Assembly (NCBI GenBank): GCA_963820315.1
Contig: CAWFZK010000046.1
Location: 6,396 to 70,395 of the forward strand
Length of the DNA stretch: 64,000 nt
Direction: 5' to 3'
Source of the DNA: an uncultured Thermoleophilaceae bacterium
Lineage (GTDB): Bacteria > Actinomycetota > Thermoleophilia > Solirubrobacterales > Thermoleophilaceae
A model generated the notes under the pieces. That model was not told where the DNA came from. It made no database searches and saw nothing but the letters and a program-made list of their open reading frames with translations. The position numbers and the translations under genes are program-made. This document shows positions 1 to 10,396 of this stretch, piece after piece; the first letter of the stretch is position 1, and the number at the start of each line of letters is the position of its first letter.

Positions 1-531
1 GATCAGGTCGATCAGCTCCTCGAGCCGCCGGCGCAGCTGGCGCTCGGCGTCGGGTGCCGCGAGCCTTTGATCGCGCTCGTCGAGGAGCCCGGCGACCTGG
101 CGCAGCTTGGCGAGCACGGTCCGGCGCGCGGCCTCGGTCGGGTGTGCGGTGAACACGGGCCGCACGGCGAGCCGCTCGAGCTCGGCGCGAAGCTCGCCGC
201 CGTTCACCCCGGCTGCCTCGATGCGGTCCACGGCCTGCGAGAGCCAGGTGCCGTCGCTGACCCGCAGGGCCGCCAGCTCGCGGCCGCGGTGAACCTGCTC
301 GGCGATGTTGGCCAGGTGGAAGTAGATGCTGAAGGCGCGTACCAGCCGGCGTGCGGTGGCGGGCTCGACCGCGCCGAGCTGCTCGACCGCCGCCTGCCGG
401 TCGCTGCGAATCAGCCGGCGCACGCGCTCGACGAGGTCGAGCAGCTCCTGGCCCTCCTGGCGCACGAGCGTCTGGCCGAGCAGCGTTCCCAGCTCACGGA
501 TGTCGCGTCGCAGCTCGGCCTGCGTGTCCAC
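1..531 (-). CDS. ppc: phosphoenolpyruvate carboxylase, N-terminal 177 codons (gene continues past window start)
   Basis: Absent from the ORF track because it runs off the edge. My minus-strand translation from GTG at 531 reads VDTQAELRRDIRELGTLLGQTLVRQEG...FSIYFHLANIAEQ...VRPVFTAHPTEAARRTVL. This contains the PEPC signature segments FHLANxAEQ and VFTAHPTE. An in-frame TAG lies just upstream of the GTG. Confidence 0.85.
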   Translation of the reverse strand, partial: MDTQAELRRDIRELGTLLGQTLVRQEGQELLDLVERVRRLIRSDRQAAVEQLGAVEPATARRLVRAFSIYFHLANIAEQVHRGRELAALRVSDGTWLSQAVDRIEAAGVNGGELRAELERLAVRPVFTAHPTEAARRTVLAKLRQVAGLLDERDQRLAAPDAERQLRRRLEELIDLI

Positions 532-552
532 GCGCTGAAGACAAGCAGGCTG

Positions 553-1751
553 CTAGGCCTGGGCGGGCTGCGGGCAGGGGGCACCGGCGCCGAGCGTGCC
601 GGCGCGCAGGATCAGGATGAGCGTGGCAACAACCCCGGCGCCGGCGGCCAGCAGGAAGCTGGCCTGGGGGCCCACGCCGTCGGCAAGCGCGCCCGCGCCG
701 GCCGCGCCGAGCGACGCTCCGATGGCGGTAGCGGTGGCGAGCCACGAGAACGCCTCGGTCACGGTGCCGTCCGGGGCAGCCCGCTCCACCATCGCGTAGA
801 TGCTCGCGTAGGCCGGGGCGATCGCGGCGCCTGCGGCGAGCAGCACCACCGCCATCGCGAGCACGCTGCCCGCCGCCGGCACGAGCGCGAAGTGGCCGGC
901 GGTCAGTCCGCCGAGCACGAGCGTCAGGCCGGCCGCGCTCTGTGCGCCGCCACCGGCGCGCGCCGCCAGCAGCCCGCCGAGCAGCGAGCCGGCGCCCCAG
1001 ATCCCGAGCAGCGGGCCGGCGGCCGCGGCACTCCCGCCCGCCTCGGTGGAGGCGGCCACGGCCACCTCGACCGCGCCGAACAGCGTGCCGACGGCCACGA
1101 GTGCGAGCACGAGCGTCCGGATCGCCGGCGCCCGCAGCGCGCCGCCGCGCCGCTCACGCGCCACGGGGCGGGGGCTCCACGCACGCGAGACCGGCTGGGC
1201 GGCGAAGGCAGCGGTGCCGAGCAGGACCACGAGCGCCGCGACGACGAGTGCGCCACCCGTCGACCACAGCACGCCGAGCCCGAGCGCCAGCGGCGGGCCG
1301 GCGATCCAGGTGAGCTCGACCGCCGAGGCGTCCACCGCGTAGGCGGCGCGGACGTCGGCGTCGTCGAGCAGCTCCGGGAAGAGGGCGCGCACGCAGGCAC
1401 CGACCGGCGGCGTCGCAAGGCCGGCGAGCAGCGTGAGCGCCACGAGCAGCGGCAGCGGCGTGCCGGCCGGAAGCAGGGCCAGCGCGACGAGGACCACTGC
1501 CGCCGCGACGGCGCTCCCGAGCAGCACGACCGTCTGGCCGCGGCGGTCGACGAGGGCGCCGAGCAACGGGCCGCCGATCCCCAGCGAGACCGCGTAGGCG
1601 GCGGCCACGAGGCCGGCGGCTGCGAACGAGCCGCTCAGCTGCTCGGCGTGCACGAGCAGGCCGATCGCCGAGCATCGTCAACGGGAGCCGCGCGACAATC
1701 GAGATGGAGAGCAGGCGGCGGGCGCCGGGAGCTGGAGGAGATCGCGTTCAT
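553..1751 (-). pseudogene. MFS transporter with disrupted 5' end (apparent frameshifts near 1665 and about 1725)
   Basis: ORF 553-1653 (366 aa) is a polytopic Ala/Gly/Leu-rich MFS-like protein but starts mid-helix. The expected N-terminus (RRLLSISIVARLPLTMLG) is readable in a second frame at about 1666-1720. The only ATG (1751) is in a third frame. Confidence 0.6.
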
Positions 1752-1804
1752 GGGAGCGATGCTACGTTTGCACTGGTGCACTGGGAAGATCCACTTTCGC
1801 GGCC

Positions 1805-3206
1805 TTGAACGAGACCAGTCAGCCCGTTGAGCTGCTGCTCACGATCAGCCGCGAAGGCCCCGAGACGCTCGTCGCGCAGATCGAGGGCCAGCTCCGCGTT
1901 GCGATCCGCGACGGCTCCCTGCGTCCCGGCGCTCAGGTGCCCTCGACGCGCGACCTGGCGCGCCAGCTGGGCGTCTCGCGCCGCGTAGTGGTGGATGCCT
2001 ACGGGCAGCTCGCTGCCGAGGGTTACCTGCTGCTGCGGCAGGGGGCCCGCCCGCAGGTGTCCGAGGCCACTGCCGCGGGCGTGGCGAGCGAGCACGTCGC
2101 GACGGCACCGGCGCGCCCGCCGCGCTACGACTTCCGCCCGAGCGTCCCCGACGTGTCCGACTTCCCACGCAGCTCCTGGCTCCGCTCGCTGCGCCAGGCA
2201 CTGGGCGCGATCGCCGACCTCGACCTCGGCTACGGCGACCCGCTCGGCGTCGAGGAGCTGCGCAGCGCGCTGTCCGACTATCTCGGCCGGGTGCGTGGCG
2301 TGGTCGCCGAGCCCGGGCGTGTGATCGTGACGAGCGGCTACACGCAGGGACTCGCGCTCGTGGCGCACGCGCTCGCGACCGGTGGCGCCAGGCGCATCGC
2401 GATCGAGGACCCGACCAACCCCCAGCAGAGGGACATCGTCGCGCGCGCCGGGCTCGAAACAGTCGCGGTCGGAGTCGACGAGCACGGCCTGCGCGTGAGC
2501 GAGCTCGGCGACGTCGACGCCGTGGTGCTGACACCAGCCCACCAGCACCCGACCGGCGTCGTGCTGAGCGGCGAGCGCCGCACGCGCGCTGCTCGGCTGG
2601 CTGCGCGAACGCGGTGGGATCGCGATCGAGGACGACTACGACGCCGAGTACCGCTACGACCGCGCCGCGGTCGGCGCGCTGCAGGGACTCGATCCCGAGC
2701 GGGTCGTCTACGCGGGCTCCTCGAGCAAGACGCTCGCGCCCGCCCTCCGGATCGGCTGGCTCGTCGCGCCGCCGGCGCTCGTCGAGCCGATCCGCGCCGA
2801 GAAGCTGCTCGCCGACCGCGGCACCGCGCGCATCGAGCAGCTCGCGCTCGCCGACTTCCTGAGGCGCGGCGACCTCGACCGCTATCTGCGCCGTATGCGC
2901 GTCCGCTACCGGGCGCGTCGCGACGCGCTCGTTGCGGCGGTCGAGGAGGAGCTCCCCGAAGCGACGATCCGCGGCATCGCGGCGGGTCTGCACGCGACCG
3001 TCGAGCTGCCGTCGGGCGCCGATGAGCGAGCGATCCAGGCCGAGGCGGCGCGGCGGCGCGTGCTGATCGCGGTGATGAGCGATGCACGCATCGGCGCGGC
3101 CCCGCTCCCGCCCGCGCTGCTGCTCGGCTACGCCCATACGCCCGAGCCCTCGATCGCCCCCGGGGTACGCGAGATCGCCGCCGCGGTGCGGGCCTGCGAC
3201 TCTTGA
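1805..3206 (+). pseudogene. MocR/PdxR-like GntR-family regulator with aminotransferase-like domain, frameshift near 2585
   Basis: ORF 1805-3025 starts with a GntR wHTH (STRDLARQLGVSRRVVVDAYGQLAAEGYL). After ...VLSGERR the frame becomes Arg-rich nonsense. Another frame continues the domain ([25 protein letters not shown]...[18 protein letters not shown]...) to the stop at 3206. The tail equals ORF 2895-3206. Confidence 0.75.
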
Positions 3207-3217
3207 CGGCCGCTCCC

Positions 3218-5047
3218 ATGGCCCACCGCTCCGACATCCGCAACGTCGCGATCATCGCGCACGTCGACCACGGCAAGACGACGCTCGTGGACGCCATGCT
3301 GCGCCAGTCCGGCGTGTTTGCCGCGCACGAGGAGGTCACCGACCGCGTGCTCGACTCGATGGACCAGGAGCGCGAGCGCGGCATCACGATCCTCGCCAAG
3401 AACGCGGCCGTGCGGTACGGCGGCGTGAAGTTGAACCTGGTCGACACGCCCGGGCACGCGGACTTCGGCGGCGAGGTCGAGCGCGGGCTGACGATGGTCG
3501 ACGGGGTGATGCTGCTGGTGGACGCCTCCGAAGGGCCGCTGCCGCAGACGCGCTTCGTCCTGCGCAAGGCGCTCGAGGCCGGGCTGCCCGTGATCCTCTG
3601 CGTCAACAAGGTCGACCGGCCCGACGCGCGCATCTCCGAGGTCGTCGACGAGATCTATGCGCTCTTCATCGACCTCGACGCGAATGAGGAGCAGATCGAG
3701 TTCCCGATCGCCTACACGAACGCGAAGGCCGGCTGGGCGTCGCTCGAGCCCGGAGTGGAGGGAACGGACCTGCGGCCGCTGCTCGACCTGCTCGTCGAGC
3801 GCATCCCGGCGCCCGAGTACGACGAGTCGCACCCGCTGCAGGCGCGCGTCACCAACCTCGACGCCGACCCCTATGTCGGCCGGCTCGCGCTCTGCCGCAT
3901 CCATCACGGCCGCATCTCGAAGGGGCAGACGGTCGCCTGGTGCCGGAGCGACGGCGAGGTCGAGAACGTGCGTGTGGCCGAGCTCTACGTGACCGAGGGC
4001 CTGCGCCGGCTCGCGGCCGAGGATGCCGCCGCCGGCGAGATCATCGCCCTCGCCGGAATCCCCGGGATCACGATCGGCGAGACGATCGCCGACGCGGCGG
4101 ACCCGCGTCCGCTACCGGTGATCGCGGTCGAGGAGCCCGCGCTCGGAGTGACGATCGGGGTCAACAACTCGCCGCTCGCCGGGCAGTCCGGGACGAAGCT
4201 GACCGCGCGCCAGGTGCGCGACCGGCTCGAGCAGGAGCTCGTCGGCAACGTGGCCGTGCGCGTGCTCGAGACCGAGAAGCGCGACACCTGGGAGGTCCAG
4301 GGTCGTGGCGAGCTCCAGCTCGCCGTGCTCGTCGAGGCGATGCGGCGCGAGGGCTTCGAGCTCACGGTCGGCAAGCCGCAGGTGGTCACGCGCGAGGTCG
4401 ACGGCGTCGTGCACGAGCCGATCGAGCGGCTCTCGATCGACGTACCGGATGACTTCCTCGGCGTGGTGACTCAGTTGCTCGCGCTGCGCAAGGGCCGCAT
4501 CGAGAACATGGTCAACCACGGGACCGGCTGGGTCCGGCTCGAATTCCTGGTGCCGACGCGCGGCCTGATCGGATTCCGCACCGAGTTCCTGACCGAGACG
4601 CGCGGCTCGGGGATCCTGCATTCGGTGTTCGAGCGCTACGAGCCCTGGCAGGGCGAGATCCGCACGCGGCCGACCGGCTCGCTGGTGGCGGACCGCAGGG
4701 GCCCGACCGCCGGGTTCGCACTGCTCAAGTTGCAGGAGCGCGGCCAGCTCTTCGTCGCGCCCGGCGAGGAGGTCTACGAGGGAATGGTCGTAGGCGAGAA
4801 CGCGCGCGCCGACGACCTCGACGTCAACGCGGTGCGCGAGAAGAAACTCACCAACATGCGCGCCTCCGGCTCGGACGAGACGGTCAAGCTCGTCCCCCAC
4901 CACCGGCTCTCACTCGACCAGGCACTCGAGTTCATCCGCGACGACGAGTGCGTCGAGGTCACGCCCGACGGGGTGCGGCTGCGGAAGCTCGTGCTGGAGG
5001 CGGTCGCCCGCCAGAAGGCGGCGCGGGCGCGGCGGGCGCCGGCTTAG
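3218..5047 (+). CDS. typA: translational GTPase TypA/BipA
   Basis: ORF 3203-5047. ATG at 3218 gives [25 protein letters not shown], with G motifs [13 protein letters not shown] and NKVD. Full-length BipA-like architecture. Confidence 0.95.
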   Translation: MAHRSDIRNVAIIAHVDHGKTTLVDAMLRQSGVFAAHEEVTDRVLDSMDQERERGITILAKNAAVRYGGVKLNLVDTPGHADFGGEVERGLTMVDGVMLLVDASEGPLPQTRFVLRKALEAGLPVILCVNKVDRPDARISEVVDEIYALFIDLDANEEQIEFPIAYTNAKAGWASLEPGVEGTDLRPLLDLLVERIPAPEYDESHPLQARVTNLDADPYVGRLALCRIHHGRISKGQTVAWCRSDGEVENVRVAELYVTEGLRRLAAEDAAAGEIIALAGIPGITIGETIADAADPRPLPVIAVEEPALGVTIGVNNSPLAGQSGTKLTARQVRDRLEQELVGNVAVRVLETEKRDTWEVQGRGELQLAVLVEAMRREGFELTVGKPQVVTREVDGVVHEPIERLSIDVPDDFLGVVTQLLALRKGRIENMVNHGTGWVRLEFLVPTRGLIGFRTEFLTETRGSGILHSVFERYEPWQGEIRTRPTGSLVADRRGPTAGFALLKLQERGQLFVAPGEEVYEGMVVGENARADDLDVNAVREKKLTNMRASGSDETVKLVPHHRLSLDQALEFIRDDECVEVTPDGVRLRKLVLEAVARQKAARARRAPA

Positions 5048-5065
5048 GCTCGACGCGCCACGGCG

Positions 5066-5106
5066 CGTCCTGACTTTGCCTTCGCTGAGCGGGTCAAGTC
5101 AGGACG
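5066..5106 (+). terminator. stem-loop downstream of typA (11-bp perfect stem CGTCCTGACTT / AAGTCAGGACG, 19-nt loop)
   Basis: Inverted repeat read directly, starting 19 nt after the typA stop. No T-tract, as is common in high-GC genomes. Confidence 0.5.
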
Positions 5107-5139
5107 GCTGCCTGAATCTTGCTCGCCAGCTGATCGACC

Positions 5140-5171
5140 CCCTTCCCCAGCCCTGACCCGGCCCGCGGAGA
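5140..5171 (+). repeat. copy A of short interspersed motif CCCTTCCCCAGCCCTGACCCGGCnnGCGGAGA
   Basis: The 23-nt core is identical to the reverse complement of 23063-23085. The GCGGAGA extension is also shared with that copy. Lies about 30 nt upstream of the GTG at 5202. Confidence 0.6.
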
Positions 5172-5201
5172 CCGTCCGAACAGATCGGTTACCTTGTCGC
5201 C

Positions 5202-5774
5202 GTGCTCGCGCGACTCGCACGGCGTCGCACACGCCCGGTCCTGATCGCCGCACTCGCGGCGGCCACTGCGCTCGTGGCGGCCGCGCCGGCCGACGCCCGC
5301 TCGTTCGTCCTGCGCGCCACCGGCAGCCAGACGGGGCTCGGTGAGGTCCGCGCGATCGGCGACTTCAAGCCGTCCGTGAACCCGCGCCTGCGCGCCGCGG
5401 TGCGTGCGTTCGGACAGCCCGACCGCAGGCGCGGCGGTGGCGAGATCTGCCGCGTCCGCTGGGATCGCTTCGGGCTCACGATCATCTTCCAGAACTTCGG
5501 TGGCGTCGACTCGTGCGGGCCGCGCGGCCTGGCGCAGAAGGCCGTCGTGACCGGCGACCGGCCCTGGCGCACCACGAAGGGGCTGCGCCTGGGCGACAGC
5601 GTCGCCCGGATCCAGCAGCTCCACCCGAGCGCCCGCCGCACCCCGCGGGGCTTCCGGATCATCTCCGGGATCCTGCCGTTCGGCAGGCCGGTGCCCTACG
5701 CGGTGCTGGGCGCACGGCTCCAGGGCGGCGACGTGAGCGCCTTCACGCTGTTCGTCGGCGCCGCCGGCGACTGA
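5202..5774 (+). CDS. secreted hypothetical protein
   Basis: 190-aa ORF with high GC3. N-terminal signal-like segment RRRTRPVLIAALAAATALVAAAPADA. No family recognised. Confidence 0.6.
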   Translation: MLARLARRRTRPVLIAALAAATALVAAAPADARSFVLRATGSQTGLGEVRAIGDFKPSVNPRLRAAVRAFGQPDRRRGGGEICRVRWDRFGLTIIFQNFGGVDSCGPRGLAQKAVVTGDRPWRTTKGLRLGDSVARIQQLHPSARRTPRGFRIISGILPFGRPVPYAVLGARLQGGDVSAFTLFVGAAGD

Positions 5775-5781
5775 TCCGCAG

Positions 5782-6069
5782 CTAGCTCCCCGGCCCGAGC
5801 CGCTCGCGCCGGTCGCCGCCGCCCACACCGAGGCCCTCCGCTCCGGCGATCAGGCCCGCGGCCGCGATCACGCCCACGATGGTGCCGAGGAAGTTGAGCT
5901 CCCAGATGTCGCCGGTACCGATCGCGCTCGCGACGATGCCACCGATGAGCGCCCCGCCGATGCCGAGCAGGACCGTCATGAGCATGCCGATGTGCTGGCG
6001 CCCCGGCAGCACGAGCCGGGCCAGCACGCCGATGACGATTCCGATGATGATGAGTCCGAGAATCTGCAC
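5782..6069 (-). CDS. GlsB/YeaQ/YmgE family small membrane stress protein
   Basis: 95 aa, MQILGLIIIGIVIGVLARLVLPG...GALIGGIVASAIG. This is the typical transglycosylase-associated (YeaQ-like) Gly-rich three-helix membrane pattern. Confidence 0.85.
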   Translation of the reverse strand: MQILGLIIIGIVIGVLARLVLPGRQHIGMLMTVLLGIGGALIGGIVASAIGTGDIWELNFLGTIVGVIAAAGLIAGAEGLGVGGGDRRERLGPGS

Positions 6070-6108
6070 GTATCTCTTGTTTCCGCCCTGGGCCTGGGCA
6101 AAACCGCG

Positions 6109-7824
6109 CTACGCCTCGACCGGCACGTAGTCGAAGCGCCTGACGTCGACCACACCGCCGTCCGTGAGGCGGAGCTCCGGGATCACCGACAGGGCGAAGA
6201 ACGACAGCTGCATGAACGGCTCCTCCACCGTCGTGCCGAGCCGGGATGCCGCGGCCTCGCCGAGCGCCGCCAGCTGACCCGCGACCTCGGCGGCGGGCAG
6301 GTCGCTCATGAGGCCGGCCAGCGGCAGCGGCACCTCGCCGGCCACCTGGCCGTCGAGCACGGCGACCTGGCCGCCACCCAGCTCCGCCAGCCGGGCGACC
6401 GCGAGCGCCATGTCCGCGCCTGCGCCGGGTGCTCCCACGGTCACGCAGTTGTGGCCGTCGTGCGCGACGGTCGAGGCCATCGCGCCGCGCTCGATGCCAA
6501 AGCCGGTCGCGTAGCCGAGACCGATCCGGCCCGTCGCGTGGTGGCGCTCGACTACGGCGGCGTGCGCCAGGTCCGCGCCTGGCTCGCCCACGGTGAGCAC
6601 TCGCTCGCGCGTGCTGATGCTGCGGCTCTCGACTCCGACGGCGCGCACGCGCGTTCCCGGCGGGTGCGTGAGCACCAGTTGCTCCGCTACAGGCAGGCTT
6701 CCGAGATGCATCGTGCCGCGCAGCAGCTCGGGGATCGGAGCCGAGGGCACCGCGCCCGCCACGATCTCGCCGTCCGCCGCGACGAGCCGGCCGGCCTGCC
6801 ACACGCGCGCCGGCCTCCACGTGCCGAGCTCGTCGAAGCAGAGGACGTCGGCCTGCTTGCCGGGCCCAAGGCTGCCGAGCGAGTCGAAGCGGTGGTAGCG
6901 GGCCGGGTGCGTGCTCGCCAGCAGCAGCGCGTCGACCTCGGAGACGCCGGCGGCGACCGCCAAGCGCGCGCAGTCGTTGATATGGCCGGCGCGCAGGAGC
7001 GTGTCGGGCTCGCGGTCGTCGGTGCAGAGCGCCGCAAGCTCGGGGCCGTGCTCCAGGACGTCGGGGATCAGCGCCTCGAGGTTCTGGCTGGCGGAGCCCT
7101 GCCGGATGAAGACCCACATGCCCTTGCGCCGCCGCTCGATCACCTCGTCGAGCGTCGTCGACTCGTGGTCGGACTCGACGCCGGCGGCGAGGTAGGCGTC
7201 CAGGTCGCGGCCGAGAACGCCAGGGCTGTGGCCGTCGACCCGCCGTCCCCCGGCCGCGCGGATGCGCGCGAGCATCTCGGGGTCGCCTGCGATCACGCCC
7301 GGGAAGTTCATGACCTCCGCCACTCCGCGGGCCCCGTGCTCCTCGATCAGATCGCGGATGTCGTCCGCGAAGAGCGCCGCCCCGGAGCTCTCGAACGGCG
7401 ACGCCGGGACGCAGCTCGAGGCGTAGACCCCGAACGTGAACGGAAGCGGCGCGGCCGCCTCGGCCAGCGCCACGACGCCCGGAACGCCGAGCACGTTTGC
7501 GACCTCGTGCGGGTCGGCGGCCACGGCCGTGGTGCCGTGCGGAAGCACCGTTCGCACGAACTCGTCGATCCAGAGCTTGGTCGACTCGAGGTGCATGTGG
7601 GCGTCGATGAAGGCCGACGTGAGCGCGCTGCCGCCGACGTCGACGACCTCGTGGGCGTCGCGCTCGCCCCAGCCGGCCACGACGCCGTCGGCGATCGCGA
7701 GGGCGGTCTCGACCCACTCGCGCCGGGCCGGGCTGAACACGCGGCCACCGGTGAGCAGCAGGTCGGCGGGCTCGTCGCCGCGCGCTACGGCGATCGCCCG
7801 TGGGGACGCCTGGGGGCGCGTCAT
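6109..7824 (-). CDS. ade: adenine deaminase
   Basis: 571 aa. Amidohydrolase metal motif FIDAHMHLES, then PHGTTAVAADPHEVANV and HDGHNCVTVG segments typical of Ade. Confidence 0.9.
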   Translation of the reverse strand: MTRPQASPRAIAVARGDEPADLLLTGGRVFSPARREWVETALAIADGVVAGWGERDAHEVVDVGGSALTSAFIDAHMHLESTKLWIDEFVRTVLPHGTTAVAADPHEVANVLGVPGVVALAEAAAPLPFTFGVYASSCVPASPFESSGAALFADDIRDLIEEHGARGVAEVMNFPGVIAGDPEMLARIRAAGGRRVDGHSPGVLGRDLDAYLAAGVESDHESTTLDEVIERRRKGMWVFIRQGSASQNLEALIPDVLEHGPELAALCTDDREPDTLLRAGHINDCARLAVAAGVSEVDALLLASTHPARYHRFDSLGSLGPGKQADVLCFDELGTWRPARVWQAGRLVAADGEIVAGAVPSAPIPELLRGTMHLGSLPVAEQLVLTHPPGTRVRAVGVESRSISTRERVLTVGEPGADLAHAAVVERHHATGRIGLGYATGFGIERGAMASTVAHDGHNCVTVGAPGAGADMALAVARLAELGGGQVAVLDGQVAGEVPLPLAGLMSDLPAAEVAGQLAALGEAAASRLGTTVEEPFMQLSFFALSVIPELRLTDGGVVDVRRFDYVPVEA

Positions 7825-7834
7825 CGCGCTGGCG

Positions 7835-8368
7835 CTACTCGCAGAACGGCACGCGCGGGACGGCGATCAGGATCGTCCGCTTCGTGTCGACGTCGACGGC
7901 GAACTGGATCCGGCCGCCGCCGTTCGGCGGGATCTTGACGAGCGTGATGCCGAACTGAGCGTCGGTGGAGTGGTCGACGCGCGCGCGCGGGAAGGCCGTG
8001 CGGATCCGCCGGATGCGCGCGCCGATGCCGACCCCGCGCGCACGCGCACCGCCGCGCACCACGATCGTGCGGGCGCGGCGCGGCGTGCTCGTCGAGAAGT
8101 CCACGCTGCCGCTGAGCGGCGCGAGCAGGCGCGCCGAGCGCGCGTTCGGCCCGGCGGGCTCGCAACCTCTGCGCAGGCGCCCGATCAGGCCCTGCTGGCG
8201 GAGCTGCGCGGCGGTCATGCCGAGCTTGACGGCGCCCACCCCGGCGGGGGTGATGCGCTGCGCGGAGCCGGCGGCCTCCGGGCTGCGATCGGCTTGGACG
8301 GCTACGGGGACGAGGAGGCAGGCGGGCAGCACGACTGCTGCGACGAGGCCCCAGCGGGAGCGCGGCAT
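7835..8368 (-). CDS. secreted hypothetical protein
   Basis: 177 aa with signal-like N-terminus (RWGLVAAVVLPACLLVPVAVQA). High GC3. No family recognised. Confidence 0.6.
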   Translation of the reverse strand: MPRSRWGLVAAVVLPACLLVPVAVQADRSPEAAGSAQRITPAGVGAVKLGMTAAQLRQQGLIGRLRRGCEPAGPNARSARLLAPLSGSVDFSTSTPRRARTIVVRGGARARGVGIGARIRRIRTAFPRARVDHSTDAQFGITLVKIPPNGGGRIQFAVDVDTKRTILIAVPRVPFCE

Positions 8369-8392
8369 CGCGGCATCGTAGCGCCGCCCCGG

Positions 8393-9187
8393 CTAACCGG
8401 CGATCGCAAGCTGGCGGCCCTGGGCGAGCAGCTCGCCCTCGCGCGAGAAGATCTCCGCCTCCTCCTCCAGAAAGCCATGCCGTGCCAGCCGCGTTCGGGA
8501 GCGGCAGAGCGCCCAGTCGTGCTCGCGCGGCAGCCGGCCGCGGAGATGGACCGTGAGCTCGAGCGTGGGGACCGCGAGTGGCTCGGTCCGCACCGCGAAC
8601 ACAGCGGGGAACCATGAGTCGGTGAACGCGACCAGCGCGGCGGCGTCGAGCGGGCGCTCGTCGCGCAGCCGCAGCCAGCCGCCCGTGAGCGCCTCGTCGC
8701 CGCCGCCGAGCGTCGGCGTCCCGATCGCGGGCAGGTAGTCGAACTGCCGGCTGAAGGGCGGCGCGTCGGGCGCGCTGGGCAGCCCGGCGGTCTCGTCCGG
8801 GGGGCTCACCACGGGCGTATCGAGCTGGTCGAGCTCGATACCGTCGCGCTCGTCGGCGAAGACGGCAGCGGCGGTCGCCATCAGGCGGCCCTCCTGCACG
8901 AGCCGCGCGCGCATGAAGCTCACCGAACGGCCGTGCCGGTCCGCCTCGACCTGCACCTCGGCCGGCCCCTCGCTCGGCCGGCCCAGGTAGTGCAGCGTGA
9001 TCGAGCGCAGCGGCCGCGCGGCCAGCTCGGGCGTGGCGCTGAGCGCGCGCACGACGATCGCTCCGAGGTAGCCGCCGTTCGGCCCGGCCCCGACCCACCA
9101 GTCCGGGCTGATGTCGCAGCCGTAGATCCCGTCGCCGCGCGGCTCGACGCCGGTGTCGCGCTCGAAGTCGCCCATCGCGGGCGGCAA
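8393..9187 (-). CDS. thioesterase family protein (TesB-like double hotdog)
   Basis: 264 aa. The GPNGGYLGAIVVRAL ... HRGRSVSFMRARL ... LELTVHLR pattern resembles acyl-CoA thioesterase II-like proteins. Assignment by eye only. Confidence 0.7.
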   Translation of the reverse strand: MPPAMGDFERDTGVEPRGDGIYGCDISPDWWVGAGPNGGYLGAIVVRALSATPELAARPLRSITLHYLGRPSEGPAEVQVEADRHGRSVSFMRARLVQEGRLMATAAAVFADERDGIELDQLDTPVVSPPDETAGLPSAPDAPPFSRQFDYLPAIGTPTLGGGDEALTGGWLRLRDERPLDAAALVAFTDSWFPAVFAVRTEPLAVPTLELTVHLRGRLPREHDWALCRSRTRLARHGFLEEEAEIFSREGELLAQGRQLAIAG

Positions 9188-9226
9188 GACTAGCCACGCC
9201 CGTCGCCGTGGCCATACTGGGCGCCG

Positions 9227-10396
9227 ATGGAGGCCGCAAGCCGCAGCGCCCGCATGACGCTCCGGACCGAGGAGACCGTCAAGCCGCTCGAGCTCTTCTT
9301 CGACCTGGTCTTCGTGCTGGCCATCACCCAGTGCACGCAGCTGATGGCCGACGATCCGACCTGGGAAGGGCTCGCCCGCGGGCTGCTCGTGCTCGGCGTG
9401 CTGTGGTGGTCATGGGTCGGCTACTCGTGGCTGACGAGCGTGGTCAACCCCGAGGAGGGGCTCGTCCGCTTCGCGATCTTCGGGGCGATGGCGGCGCTGC
9501 TCGTGGTGGCGCTGTGCGTGCCCGAGGCGTTCGGAGACCTCGGTCTGCTGTTCGCGTGTGCCTACTTCGTCGTCCGCATCGGGCAGGTCACCCTGCTGTA
9601 CGCCGCGGGCCGCGGCGACCCAGGGCTGCGACGCTCGGTCGCCGGGCTGGCCGTCGGCACGCTTATCGGGACGAGCATCCTGATCGTTGCCTCGTTCACC
9701 GACGGCTTACTGCAGGGAGGGCTGTGGGCGCTGGCCCTGGCACTCGACGTCGGCGAGCCGTACCTGTTCGGCTCCGAGGGCTGGAAGCTCTCACCGCGCC
9801 ACTTCGTCGAGCGCCACGGGCTGATCATCATCATCGCGCTGGGCGAGTCGATCGTTGCGATCGGCGCCGGAGTTGAGGGCGAGGTCGATGCCGGCGTGGT
9901 CGTGGCCGCGGTGCTCGGCGTGGGCGTGGCCGCGGCGCTCTGGTGGCTCTACTTCGACGTCGTCGCGCTCGTGGCCGAGCGGCGCCTGACCCAGGCCGAG
10001 CCCGGAAAGGAGCAGAACGAGATCGCGCGCGACTCGTTCTCCTACCTCCACTTCCCCATGGTGGCCGGCATCGTGCTGCTCGCTCTGGGGCTGAAGAAGA
10101 CGATCGGGCACGTCGAGGACCCGCTCAAGATCGAGGTGGCGACGGCCATGCTGGGCGGGACGGCGATCTACCTGCTCGCGCACGTGGCGTTCCGCTGGCG
10201 CAACGTCCATCGCTTCAGCACGCAGCGGCTGATCTGCGCCGCCGCACTGCTGGCGCTGATCCCGCTCGCCACCGAGATCGCGTCGCTGGCGACGCTCGCG
10301 ATCGTGCTGGCACTGCTGGCCGTGCTGATCGCCTACGAGACGGTGCACTTCGCCGACCTCCGCGAGCGGCTGCGGCACCAGGTCGAGGCCGAGTAG
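9227..10396 (+). CDS. low temperature requirement protein A (LtrA) family membrane protein
   Basis: 389 aa. The KPLELFFDLVFVLAITQ motif and multiple TM helices are typical of LtrA. Confidence 0.85.
   Translation: MEAASRSARMTLRTEETVKPLELFFDLVFVLAITQCTQLMADDPTWEGLARGLLVLGVLWWSWVGYSWLTSVVNPEEGLVRFAIFGAMAALLVVALCVPEAFGDLGLLFACAYFVVRIGQVTLLYAAGRGDPGLRRSVAGLAVGTLIGTSILIVASFTDGLLQGGLWALALALDVGEPYLFGSEGWKLSPRHFVERHGLIIIIALGESIVAIGAGVEGEVDAGVVVAAVLGVGVAAALWWLYFDVVALVAERRLTQAEPGKEQNEIARDSFSYLHFPMVAGIVLLALGLKKTIGHVEDPLKIEVATAMLGGTAIYLLAHVAFRWRNVHRFSTQRLICAAALLALIPLATEIASLATLAIVLALLAVLIAYETVHFADLRERLRHQVEAE

Noticed and set aside
67-1830. 587-aa plus-strand ORF, Arg/Gly/Glu-rich
   Set aside because: It is the antisense shadow of the ppc fragment and the MFS gene. 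The composition is typical of out-of-frame translation in a high-GC genome, and no domain logic is visible.
5696-7938. Long ORFs 5696-7717(-) and 5992-7938(+), 648-673 aa
   Set aside because: They overlap the well-supported adenine deaminase frame (6109-7824). Both are extremely Arg/Gly/Pro-rich shadow frames.
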